Below, piece by piece: positions 45,214 through 57,269 of a stretch of DNA of 64,000 nt. Numbering within the stretch: the first letter of the stretch is position 1; each line of letters opens with the position of its first letter. The notes under the pieces are model-generated. The model saw only the letters and a list, made by a program, of their open reading frames with translations. It had not been told where the DNA came from and searched no databases. The translations under genes and the position numbers were made by a program. This DNA is from Penicillus capitatus (Eukaryota > Plantae > Chlorophyta). The stretch lies in assembly GCA_965649825.1 (NCBI GenBank), contig OZ287701.1, forward strand, positions 113,101 to 177,100, in the 5' to 3' direction.

Positions 45214-45868
45214 ATGCAATGCGCTGCGTCTCATCGTGGGCGACTCTGGCCGAAACCGCGCTACAGAGCTGTCCCGCGTCGGCAATGGAAACGCCTGCCG
45301 CGTGCGACACACCGTCCCGGTCATGTCTTCTTCGAAGACGAAGGAGGGATGGATGAGGCAGTGGTGTTGTTGCTGAAGACAGGAGGTATCGTACAGATCC
45401 CTCCACGTCTGTCGGCCTCGGATCTGAGGCAGCCCATTCAGCACATCCTTGAGAAGCATCCGTTGCCTCTGGCAGAAGAGCAAGCCATCTGCATGGCCGG
45501 TACTTTCTGGGTGGCTGCCTCCAACGGCGTCGATATTCAACGCAAGATTCATTTCCAAGTGAGCATCGTATCGAGATAAAGAGTGCGAAATGTGAGATGA
45601 TGTCACATCACGTCACATCATGCAGGGATTTTGCCAATCTCCTGAGGCGCTGGGCGAATGTGTGGAGGATGTGGTGCTGCACAGAGGCGGAGAGATTGTC
45701 GATCATGAGCATCTGACGAAAGACAATGGACTCCACCAGCGTCTTCGAATGACCGTGGCCGTGCCCTACCTCTTCGGCGTGCCTCCCGAATTCGAGACTC
45801 TAAAATCCGCGATCCAACTGGGTGGAGGTCTGCTACATCGAGTCTACGGACAATGGTATTTCTACTGA
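45214..45868 (+). CDS. conserved green-lineage uncharacterised protein, probably plastid-targeted
   Basis: MQCAASHRGRLWPKPRYRAVPRRQWKRLPRA (transit-like), one intron, and a C-terminus LRMTVAVPYLFGVPP..L..AIQLGGGLLHRVYGQW that resembles a plant protein family recalled from memory. Confidence 0.65.
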
Positions 45869-46072
45869 TGATACACATCCAACATCCCTTCCTATGTGTG
45901 CCTTGCACAACGTGTACAACTACTGCCTTCTTTATTCGTGAGAGTAGAGATGCTGCATGGATCGATCGATCGCTGGGTAAAATACTGTTGAGCGTTGCTG
46001 AATTTTTAAAGCTTTGCTTTGTCCAGCTGATTTGACAGGTCATATCAGAAAATGTCTCGTCCGATAAACATC

Positions 46073-46168
46073 ATCGATCGATTCGATTTGATTCGATTTG
46101 ATTCGATGCGTTTCGATTCGATTTGATTCGATTTGATTCGATGCGTTTCGATTCGATCGATTCGATCG
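46073..46168. repeat. TTCGA/TTTGA pentamer microsatellite with a 35-bp higher-order duplication
   Basis: (ATTCGATTTG ATTCGATTTG ATTCGATGCG TTTCG) x2 at 46081-46150, with flanking ATCG/TTCG units. Confidence 0.9.
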
Positions 46169-47066
46169 GTCCATCTCACATAGTGGATATCACAGTTGCA
46201 GATTTGAGCCAACGCAGCAAGGCGCGAATTCAAGTGCTTTTTTCTACTTTGGACGAATGACGGACCCAGGAGGATGCGGTATACGTCACGCTTGTCAGAC
46301 TGTCAGGAACAGCAACGAACAACAATAACAAGATCGAGAAACTGCATGCTTTTATCCAGACCCACAAGCCCTGACGTTTGGGTCCACGCACACACAAACA
46401 ACGCGACCCCACGTGTTATGCTTGCAGTCCTTATTATGGATGCCCCGCCACAATCTCATTTTTGTGCTGAATCACTCACACCCCACTACACACTCAGGCA
46501 TCGGGAGTACTTTCTGAAAGACAAAAATTGCGAGATCTGGCGATTTCTTTTGTTCATGATGGATAGATAGATAGAGACGAAAGAAAAGACCTAAGACTTG
46601 ATCCATTGATGTTGGGCGTGCCCCTGTCGCCAATGGATGCCCTTGATGAAATTCTTCTTAAGCCGTTTGGATTGCCTCTTTCAGCTCTAATCAAGAAAAG
46701 AGTATATTCAACACAGCCTCGTAAGTGGCCTGCTGATGAACATCGTCTCTATTTATCCTCTTTCGGAGCTGTACTGTGCAAGTCTGTGCACGAACAAACC
46801 CATGCACGAACAAACGAACAAACAATGAGACAGATAGAAAGTGTGAAAACAAGAATACAGCAAGAGGTACCGGAATCTTCAAGTCGCAGCAGCTCCATGT
46901 CAAGTAAAGGGATTCCTAAGGCTTCATCATAAATGGAGGATACAAGAAAGAAGGCGTTTCGAAAAAGCCATGGCAAAAGAGATGCTGCGAACGAACGAAC
47001 GTCTAGTATTCGACATGCGTATAAAAGAGTGCGATGTAAAAAGAGGCAATCCTCTAGAAGGCTGCA

Positions 47067-48439
47067 TCATTTCCACGCTCTGGAAAGCGAGGCTCTCAGT
47101 TCTCCACCGGATGCTCGGAACTTGATGGATCCAAAAGATCCGCTACCGCGATCCACGCGACAGCTTGGCGATTTTTTCAGCCGATTGTGACTGAAAAATT
47201 TGCGTGTCGCTGGACCGGAGGAGGCATGACGATGAGCAGGGAGATCCGCAGGGGATCGCGATGAAGAAAAATCGACAGAGGCGTGCTTGCTACCGAGACA
47301 TCCTCCAAAAGCGCCACGAAGTCGAACTCCAGTCGAACGGCTATTGCGGGAAAACGGAGAATCCACAGCTTTGCTCGGTTTGCATGAGCTCGAGATCGAG
47401 GGTCGATTGGATTTGGCGGCGGCGGCGGCGCCGGTGGATGAAAGCATGAGCTTTCCTCGTCTAGGCGTCGCCGTGGCAACGCTCCTCATCGGAGGCGTCA
47501 CAGGCGACAGGGCTCGTTCCATTTTCTACGCAACACACATTCTCAGATCCTATTCCCCATCTCACTAGCGTTACACTGTCATCTGGGTGTCGGGGAGTCT
47601 TGCGTCGAGGAGACACCTCTGGACGTTGTCTCTTATCACGGACATCGTGGGAAGATTGGCGATGACGCGAGGTTGTTGTCATGGACGACGTCGGCGCCGG
47701 CTTCGTAGTGGAGCCACGTGTGCCGCCTCTGCCACCTTCCATCGATGACGTTGGATGCACGCTACGAGAGGGCTTCTTCACACGAGCACTCTCACTCCCC
47801 TCGGATGAACTTTTGGGATCAGATGATGATAAACTACTACTGGGTACATCACTCTCTTCAACGTGCTCGGCCACCATCAAAGCTTCGCGCAAGATGTCAT
47901 CGTTTACCACCTGGGGACTGGGACTCACACGCGGGGCTTTGACTGTCTTATGTTGGGCTCTTCTTCGAGCATTGGTACCCTCATGAGCGTATCCAACATC
48001 TGCACCGCTCCTATCCTCTAAAACACACGAACATACACGATGCGTGGGAGGGGGTAGTTGCAGGTAGGCAGGCACCATGGATAATGTGTCGGGCAGGTGG
48101 TTGTCGCCGCTCTTGTTTCTTTCTTCTCATCTCTTCTTTGTACGTGCTCCAACGCTTCTGTAACTCCTCCAACTCTGCTGTTTGTGTAACATGCCATTCG
48201 TATTTGTCCCTCGCTGAAAAGCACTTAACCTAGAGACACGATGCGCGATGACCGCGGGCGTCGCGGTGGATGGAGGAGGGTATGACCAAGGAACGTTTTG
48301 GGAAATTTGCATAAGCAGTTGAATCCTCTGCCATACCGCTGACCGCTTCACAGATTTTTCCGAGTGCAGTGGCATCGCAGTTTTTGAGGAGCGTTAGGGG
48401 GTCGGCATAGCACCCGCTTCGCACGTCTGTTTCGCACAT
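47067..48439 (-). CDS. hypothetical low-complexity Ser/Arg-rich protein (multi-exon, ends uncertain)
   Basis: ORF pieces 48230..48556, 47461..48078 and 47067..47522 can be linked by plausible GT-AG introns; coiled-coil-like ELEELQKRWSTYKEEMRRKKQE. Confidence 0.4.
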
Positions 48440-49364
48440 CTGCGGGGCAAGCGCGTATAAATACAGAACCCTTCCGCGAAAAATAGGATTCAACAAAAAA
48501 GCTTTGGCTCCGTTGGGCGACGCTCCGGTGCGAGGCAACGAATGAAGTTGCGGCACAATGTAGATTTTGGAAAACGAGAACGGACTGGACGTGCGACTAA
48601 CGAACGACGGATGTCTTAAGATGCGCCGTCGATGAGGGCGTTGGTTCGTTGAAAGCTATCTCGCGCTAACCGAACAACACACGACGCAAAAGGGATTCAC
48701 AGAAAGAACGAAAACGGATAGAAATGCTGATGAATGGGCTGGGTATCTGCAACGACCGATGGACACGTCAGACAGCGCCTCCCCCTCCACATCATGAGCA
48801 CCACCACATAAGGCCCCTTCTTTAAATAGCCGTCCGTCCGTTTATGTACAAGATGCGTACGGCCTGCACGGCAGATGCCACGGAAACGAATCATGTAGGG
48901 AGGTAGATGCCTTTAAGGACTGGGTCAACCCCCGATCCTCTCTGACGCAGAGACTGTACCATACTGAGAATACCGCTTAGAGATAGACTGCTAGATACAT
49001 GTGTCCTTCGACGAAAGCTGCATTTTTGAAAGGTAGCTGCCGCGGCGCAAAAACAAAAGAAGATAAGACGTACCTACACGCGTCCAGCACCATGTCAAGA
49101 GTATTGCTGCCTTGTGGGCGTACCGTATTGAGTTAAGGACATGACGGGATGCTGCTGGTTGGCGCCAGTTACTCTTCTGAAGGCCTTTTCTGCACATAGC
49201 TAAACCGTTGCCGCTTGGGTTTGACAGTCATATACGTCATACCTTTGGCGTCTGCGCCATCTTTGCAATCCTAAACGCAGACGATACATCCGTTATGGCC
49301 TCAGACGTGGACAATGGGTCAACGTTTGAAAAGAGCGTGTGGACAGAAACGCGTTTGGATCGGT

Positions 49365-49682
49365 TTACCTTGGGGATCTGCGAACGAGTCTGCCGTGTTC
49401 GTAGACAAAGTGCGAATAGTCGACGCTCTCGGCTGTCGCTTCTGTCTCAGGCGTTCGTTCTCTAACCATACGCGACGGCGCCGTTCTCTTCCGTTGGACG
49501 CGTCTGTGGAGATAGCGCACGAAAACAAGGCTGACTGTCAAAACGCCGAAAACGACGGATGCAACGAGCAGCGTCTCCGATTTAGGAGGAGGGATAGACT
49601 GGACACGCTGCAAGAAAACCGAAAGGGGATCCGTTTTCTGAGGGTCGACAGGATTCGGAGTATCCCGAGGCCAAAACAACAT
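49365..49682 (-). CDS. small single-TM hypothetical protein
   Basis: 105-aa ATG ORF with one hydrophobic helix (LLVASVVFGVLTVSLVFV) followed by a basic cluster. Confidence 0.45.
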   Translation of the reverse strand: MLFWPRDTPNPVDPQKTDPLSVFLQRVQSIPPPKSETLLVASVVFGVLTVSLVFVRYLHRRVQRKRTAPSRMVRERTPETEATAESVDYSHFVYEHGRLVRRSPR

Positions 49683-49934
49683 GGCTAAAGCCGACTAACA
49701 GGGAAGGGATAATGATACAGAGCCTGCTGATGAACGCTTCGTTGATGTGACGTCTGTATAAAAATCCGACAGCCTTCTCTTTGCGGTCCACCCGCGTATC
49801 GCACGGAACAAATGCATTCGACAAAGAAGCTCGCCGTCAAATCCACGCCTCTCACTCCCCAGGTGTCCAACGCACGTCGTCGTCTGTCGGATCCCTGCCG
49901 CGTGCAGCATCGCGCTTGAGGCAGGGGGACCTTC

Positions 49935-51519
49935 ATGGGGACGCCGTTTGTGTGTAGTACCCCCGAAGGCGTTTCCCTCATAGAGGCGAGATGCGTCGCA
50001 CGACTGCCAGACGAGCAGAGGCGATTTCTGAATCCAATACCGCACCGCTGGATCATGAAGACGTCAGGTCGTGACCGATCGACCCTTCAGAAAGGCGGCC
50101 GTCGTGATCTCTTATGCTGCAGCAAGTTGCCGCTTATGTTGCGTGCTCTGGCTGGGGAGCCTGTGGAGCGACCTCCTGTTTGGATGATGCGTCAAGCTGG
50201 ACGATACATGAAAGTCATTCCTGACCCTTCCTCCCTCACTTCGCTACTGAACCGCGTCGTCAGGTGTATCAAGATCTCTGTGTCAAGCATCCGACCTTCC
50301 GAGAACGATCAGAGACTGTGGAACTGGCTGTTCGATGCATGACGAATCGGAATGTGGAACGAAGCGTGCGCTGTAGGTGGAGATCACGTTGCAGCCGTGG
50401 AAAGCGTTTCGCCCAGATGGGATCGTTCTCTTCTCCGATATTCTCACGCCGCTGCCCGGAATGAATATTCCGTTCGATATTGTCACGGGCAAAGGACCCA
50501 TTATTCATACACCCATTCGCACGATGGAGGTCCATCCGACCGTGGAGGGAGGGCTCAGACAGGCGATCGCCTTTCTGTGTTGGCCAGGACGTCGAGACCG
50601 TGAGAGCTTTGGACGCAGAGCGTTCCTGTCCTTTTGTCGGCGAAACGTTGAGAATTCTGAAGCAAGAGGTCAATAACGAAGCAGCCTTGTTGGGATTTGT
50701 GGGAGCACCGTACACGCTCGCTTCGTACATAGTGGAAGGCGGCTCATCCAAGCACTACATACATGTGAAGCAACTGGCATTTTCGCAACCACAGGTGCTG
50801 CACGCCTTGCTCAAAGTTTTGACGGGCAATGTCATCGAATACTGCAAATACCAAGTGAACGGATTGATCGAGCGCCCTCAGATGTGTTTCGTGAACGGTA
50901 CTTTAGGCCAAGAACGGCGCACAAGTGATTCAGGTTTTCGATTCTTGGGCTTCCTCTTTGTCTCCCCGCGATTTTGACGTCTTCTCTGGTCCGTACCTCA
51001 AAAGAGTCATCCAGGAGTTTAAGTCGTCTTATCCTGACGTTCCTGTGATCCTGTATATCAGTGGAAGCGGCGGGCTGCTTGAAAGAATGGCACAGTGAGA
51101 GCAGACGTGCACCTTACGGTTATGCTCATTCCTTGCTGCCAGATGTGGACCGGATGCGATTTCTGTGGATCATTCTGTCGATATGATGGACGCCATCAAC
51201 AGAATCGGCAGCAATTTTGCCGTCCAGGTGACCACGCTCCTGCCTTTCTGCCGCATCCGATGCCTTTACCTATTGCCAGGGAAATCTGGATCCAGGTGTG
51301 CTCTTCGGGTCGAAAGACGTCATCGAAGAACGCATCATCGACCTTGTAAAGCGCGTCAAAGCAACAGGCGTGGATCGTCATCTCTTGTGGATGGCCCGAT
51401 CTGTGTGTGACGTAGGGACGCGTCATGTGATGAATCTGGGCCACGGAGTGTGGGTCGGCACCCCAGAGGAGAATGTGGCGCACTACTTCGAAGTCTGCAG
51501 GACTGTTCACGAGCGATGA
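49935..51519 (+). CDS. hemE: uroporphyrinogen decarboxylase, plastid-type (5' end uncertain)
   Basis: [68 protein letters not shown]; about seven introns. Confidence 0.93.
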
Positions 51520-51547
51520 GAGAGACAAAACGCAGAGCGGAATCGCA

Positions 51548-52559
51548 CTACGAGGCAAAACCCTTTTTAATGCTCTTGGTCTCTTTGGACTCCCTTGTGC
51601 CTTTGGTGGCAACGCCGACGAAGCGATCGTCCTGTCCTTCCAGGGCAGTGTCACATCGAACACCCTCGAACATGTCTTTCGCATTCAGGCAGTCCACAAT
51701 CGACTGGTCTGCACACAGATAGCCCATATACCTCCAGATATAGACAGGCCTTGGATTCTGACCTTTTTCGATGAAGATGAGAATTCCTCCAGGTTTCAGG
51801 ACGGAGTGGATCTCCTGAACAGAAGGTCATCTCTAGTCCTTTAGTGGCTTGGAAGGGGTGTCACCTGAAGGAAAGCATTTCGGTCTTGGACGCCGGAGAA
51901 CTTTCCGAGCAAAACGACGGCATCGTATGTATCGTAGGGCCCAAGAGTGAACCCCGAGGTGGATTTCGGATCGGCAGATCTGCGCACGATGACGGGGATC
52001 TTTGCTGCAATTCCGGCATTTTCCAGGACACCTGCTAAGAACATGTGGCCAGTAGTATCCAGCCAAATACCTTGCCTGCTTTTTCAGACGACTGAGTAAC
52101 GGCCACTTGGATCGTTCCCTTCGGATAATAGTAGAGATCGCGAGTTCCGCCCCCGATCTGAAGGACAGAAGCACCTCCTTTCGGAACATAGTTCCCAATC
52201 ATCGAAGCCGTGATGACTTCCAACTGAAAGTACAGATATGCTCTCCACCCAACAAATCTAAAACAGAGACCTTCAAAAGGAGATCTTGCGAAGAGTCGGT
52301 ACGCGAGAGCGGTGACAGAAACCGTCGCTATCCCGTACAGAGCGAGATCGTCACCGAAGGCTGTTGCTCGAGTACAGATGCCAGTCCTGGCCTGCGATAA
52401 GGTGGCACCGTATGGAAGGTGAGCGCCATCGACAAGACGACGTCTTTGATTCGGTCGCTGTCGATTTCTCTGATCGGGACGACGCTCATCGCGATGCTCG
52501 TTTCGCCTCGATGCGCTGTCAAAGCAGACATCACTGGCTGCGTACAGTGCGAGACGCAT
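51548..52559 (-). CDS. class I SAM-dependent methyltransferase-like protein, plastid-type
   Basis: VLQIGGGTRDLYYYPKG, YDAVVLLG, EIHSVLKPGGILIFIE; three introns including one GC-AG. Confidence 0.7.
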
Positions 52560-52817
52560 GATCGGGTTTAGAAAGGCGCATCATGTGCATTTATAGACTC
52601 ACTCTCTATACATAGGTCATGTTCTAGTCATCCATGTCCCTCGAGAAAAAAAAACAACGGCCTTGGGAAGTGATACCATCATGTATGTACAGGAAATAAG
52701 TTTACGAAAGTTTTGAACATTGCATTGTTGAGGTCATAAACAAACAGAAACACTCGTCAACCAACTTCGAATGAATTGGTCACTATTAATGGAGTGGGGT
52801 GTTATTTAGAAGCGTCT

Positions 52818-55146
52818 TCAGTTTCCGGTGATGGAACGGCGATTCGTTGGCATTAACCAGAAAACGGAACGAAACATAATGCGACAAGCCAGTCGATGAA
52901 AGACGAAACAAATTAAGAAGCTTAGCACAAAAAGAGCGACGGAAAATGTCACCCAAAACCAGATTCTCTCCATAAAGTGATCAGAATGACTCGAAAGAGC
53001 ACAGCACATTGTGTTTGACTTTGAACTAATGTTTCCAAGTGGACAGACGACATTTCGCGTCAGTATTTTGGCGGCGTCATCGATGGGACGTGCTGCGTCC
53101 AGAACCTCTTTCATGTGACACAAATCGGCGGGTGGAACAGTAAAGTAGCCTCGTCTTGGCGGCGCCCTGACAACGCCACCACACGATTCAGCAGAATCAT
53201 ACTTGCAGATGAAGGAGGCTTCTTCTGTGCAGGGTTTGACGAAGAGATTCTTCATCACTCCCCTGGAATCGATAGCAACACAGGGCTCTCTTCCCTGCAT
53301 GAAAATTGGCTCGCGGACTCCCCAGTACTCAGACCCATCTTCCAGGACGGAATCTTCAGAATCGATCCAGGAGAAACGGCCACCCGTTTGTCGATGTGCA
53401 CCGACCCAGGATCCATCTGTCTGTGCGAGCCTCGCTAGAAACGCAAGCTCGTCTTCATCCACTATGCTCACTAACTGTCCACCGTCTTCCACGCACAGCT
53501 CCTTCGCTTCCTCCCAATTGACTTCTTCAACGAACACCTTGTAGGCCGAATCTCGAAATGTGAAACAGGAGTTTGCACGAATGTCTTCGGCGAGGACCGT
53601 ATCCGGACACTCAGACAGAGGATCTTGCGCCTCTCTGTAGATCTGTTGCTCGCAGGGAGTGATCTCTGCCGAGATGCACTGTCTGGAACGACGGATGATA
53701 TCGTGGAGGGCTTGGTCGCTGGTAACACCCCCGATCTCGAACTCGTGGAGCCCGACATCGTGTCCAGCCACACCGAGGAACACATCTGGCGATTCTTCTG
53801 TCCCTTCCGCGAAGAATGGTATCGCTACTGTTGTGAGTAGCCCCAGACCACTTGCATCGTCATAGGGCTCTACCCAGATAGGCATCTCGATCCTTCTACT
53901 GGCAAAGTAGAGATAGTAAGAATTCAGAGCGTCGAAGGTATTGGTGTTCGGTCTGATGAACGACCAGGCGCCATTGTTGGCGCAGGCCAGTTGTCTGGGG
54001 ATAGCGTCATCTGCATCTCTAGTCATGGAGTAGGTAAAGATTGATGCTCTGCTGCCTGTCCGCTCCTCCAGTCTATGCTGCATCGCGTTGACAGCAGCAG
54101 CCATCTCCGACGGTTTAATGCTCTTTCCATCGGGACCGGTGGTGTCCACTCCATCTGTCAAGAACAGAATAACCTTGTGACAATGCGAGCGTGACTCCTC
54201 TTCGTCGTCTGCGTTGGTCAGGATGCGGAAGGCCGCTTCAAAGGCGGCGGTAAAGTTCGTGTTCCCACCTGGTTTTACTTTGTCCACTCGAGTGCGGAGA
54301 TTCTCAAGATGTTCAGCACGAACTCGAATAAGATCAGACAGTGTCCACAGAGGCTCAGCTTCGTCGGAGAAGACGATGATATTCATGAAATCTACGATGG
54401 TAAACGTTCCCAGAATGTCCTTCACTGCCCGTGCTGTTACTTCCCACTTTGATTCCTTGTTGAACCACGCAACATCGTTCATCGAATCGGACTTATCCAC
54501 AACTAACACAATGTCCTTCGGCCCAGTACTGGCCCCAATGTACCATGGACGCTGTCGAGGATCGTAAGCAGGACACCCACCATAATACTCGTCCATCCTT
54601 CTGTCGTGAGGCAGAGGAAACGAAGGAAAGGCTCGAAGATGTCCATCTCGGGTACCTACGCCACGCCAATCGCTCTATGTTCGCAACTGCGTATGTCTTC
54701 TTGCCTATGTACGACGAACCGTATTCGTCGCCTCCGTAAATTTCATGGAAGGTTTCGTCGAGGTGCTTGTACGTACAGATGCTTTCCTTTAGACTCTTGC
54801 TTAGGTTTTCTGAAAACGCTTCCGGCGGTGTGATGACGTTGGACGTTGTGCTATCGATTCGACGTCCAGGTGTCGTGCACTTCTGTGGAGTCCCATAGTT
54901 TATCGAACAGTGCATACTGTGGTTGTCCGACGAACACGCATGTTTTGAACATTCGCATTCTCGCACGAGCTGAACACGTCTGCTGTGCAGTGCGGTGGCC
55001 TGTTCAGCGATTGCTTTTACGATGTTTTCCTGGGACGCGACGAAATCCGTAAACTCCTTCGGTGCTTCGATTCCGTGCGCTTCATCCGTAGAGATTGAAA
55101 AAAAGATGCAGAGGAGTGCAAAAGAGAGTATCCGACAGAAGTGCAT
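52818..55146 (-). CDS. alpha2delta/CACHD1-like Cache-vWA protein with C-type lectin domain, type I membrane protein
   Basis: Signal peptide; YDPRQRPWY; vWA DIVLVVDKSDSM, TNFTAAF, LFLTDG; WVEPYDDA..GHDV; CTLD WEEAKELC..GGQLVSI..WVGA..W..EP...CVAI....C..FICK; C-terminal TM. One GC-AG intron at 54656-54704. Confidence 0.88.
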
Positions 55147-57269
55147 ACTTAAGACAAAGGCGACGAAAGTACTAGATGTTCATCAACAAGTAGTCTTTTC
55201 TGTTGATAAATCGGATGACGGTTAAATACGGTGCCCCGTCGCTAAACAAATGCGACGCTTATCGGCCTCGTTTTGCCGTTGGTCGACGACTCATAGCCCA
55301 AGAGACAGTTAAGAAATAGAAACGGTTGAGTTTCTGTGAGATTTCCGTTCATCCTTAGTTCACAGTGGTGTGACTCTGCGATTTCTGATCAGAAAGCGCA
55401 CGAAAGCGTTCATGATTTGGTCTTCGATGAGCATGAAGAGCTTACTTGAATACAGGACGATGGTATTGGGATGACCTTATACATCCTTGAACGGTTTTTC
55501 GTGAAAATGCTCTGAAGATTCTGACGCATCTGTGTATAAGATGAGTTCGATGATGACGGCTAGATAGACGTTGTGTCGTGGCGCCTGCAAATTCATGTTT
55601 CGCCTTACACTCATCGTACGACCGCCATTTTACAAATAACGCACCTGTTCGCCGAGGATAGTCGCGAGACATCGGAGTGCGTGTTGAGTGAGAACGCTGT
55701 TTTCCATCACAGTTGCGTAAGGCACGTAAGCGCGCGTGATGCTTCGCTCAACGTCGTCGTCTGCAAAAGTGGCCACACGTCAAAGTCGAACGTCTTACAA
55801 AGAACAACAGAAAAGCAAAACTCAAGCCGTCCTCCACCTCTTATTCGGTTCTGGTGATGTGACTTTCGTAGGCAGGTGAGTCATCCTAGCGCCAGAACCA
55901 AAGAAAAGCGCCTCAGATGACTCAACCAGCGTCCCCCCACCGCATGGACCCCACGACAACAAGACAGTAGTCCCATCGCCAGGCGACAATCCACGTGCCC
56001 CTTCCTAACAAGGCAGTCCCGTCGCCGCCGCCGAAATCTCGGCGACAAGAACACCGTAGTTTTCGGCAAACTGTGACTGCGTTTTCTCTTTTCTCTTTGA
56101 TGCTGCGGCGTGCCTTTCGTCAGAAGTGTCCTTTGCATTCGAACGTAAGCTGAGGAGGCCTTTGTTGAATATTTGCTATTTGTCTACGTTTGCTCCATCT
56201 TTGGCGGCATTTGAATTTACCTCCAACCGTTGCGTTAGTGTGGACCGACGAGAAAAACAGTCGGCAAGATGGTCGCCAGAAGAAGGAAGAAAATTCAAGG
56301 ATAGGCGAGACCTCGACCGACAACTTGGCCTAAAGCCGTCCCATACGGCGCGCAATGTGAAGATCAAACGTGACTTGTAAAGAGGAAATGAAGGCTCCCA
56401 AGGTTTGCTATAAGGATACAAAACCCAATCTGTATGAAGTCGCGTTATGATCTGGTCCCATTGGATTAACTCGTCATTACAGCTTTGCCTGCACTGAAGC
56501 ACTGCAACGTGAGGACCGAGACAGACAAACTCAGAAAGTTCGTTACAATGGCAAATGTCTAATGTTTTCATGTTCTTAAGGACCACAGTCGCATCATCTA
56601 TCAAAATAACACAACAGCACTTGAATGGAATTTCGTCGTCCAAGCCTGGGCTTGTGTCGCCAGGGAGAATATCGATCTCTTCGAGTGTTCATTTTTCCTG
56701 CAGTGCGGTTCTCTGACGAACAAAGACCTCTTGTCCGCCTTTAAGGAAGTCAAAACGTGGCATTCGGAGGAGAGAGGAATGTACTGCCCGACAGGTACCA
56801 GGCTATGTGTTTGGATGACACGGATGCAGCAGGTTTCTTCGCCGAGTACAACTAACCCAGTAGAAGATTCAGCAGACGTGCACGCTCAGGCAGTAACTAG
56901 TTCATCCGTTTGCGAAGTCCCGCAGAAAGCACATACATTCATACTGATCTTGAATGAGACGGAATAAACCCCTAACTGAAGACGATTAAAATCGAGTGCC
57001 TGGTTTAGTGGAAAGGGACATCGAGTACGAACGGCGACGTAATTCTCTATCCTGAGCACCACTATGTGCGAGTGAAAGGAACGGCCACGGGGGCTATTCA
57101 GTTCATGGGTGGTTTTCCGCCTTATCCGATGAATCCTCATTTCATTCGAGCGTGAAGAACTTGTGATGACATGACCGTATCAGAACTACATCGGAGCGTT
57201 GGTTGCATGCATCTACCTCTGCACCGCGCGCTTTAAACCTTTTCCCAGTCGTGCGCCTTCGCGTTGGCA

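Noticed and set aside
46073-46168. CRISPR array (also considered for the 61-bp tandem repeats)
   Set aside because: No unique spacers, no cas genes, eukaryotic context; these are simple tandem repeats.
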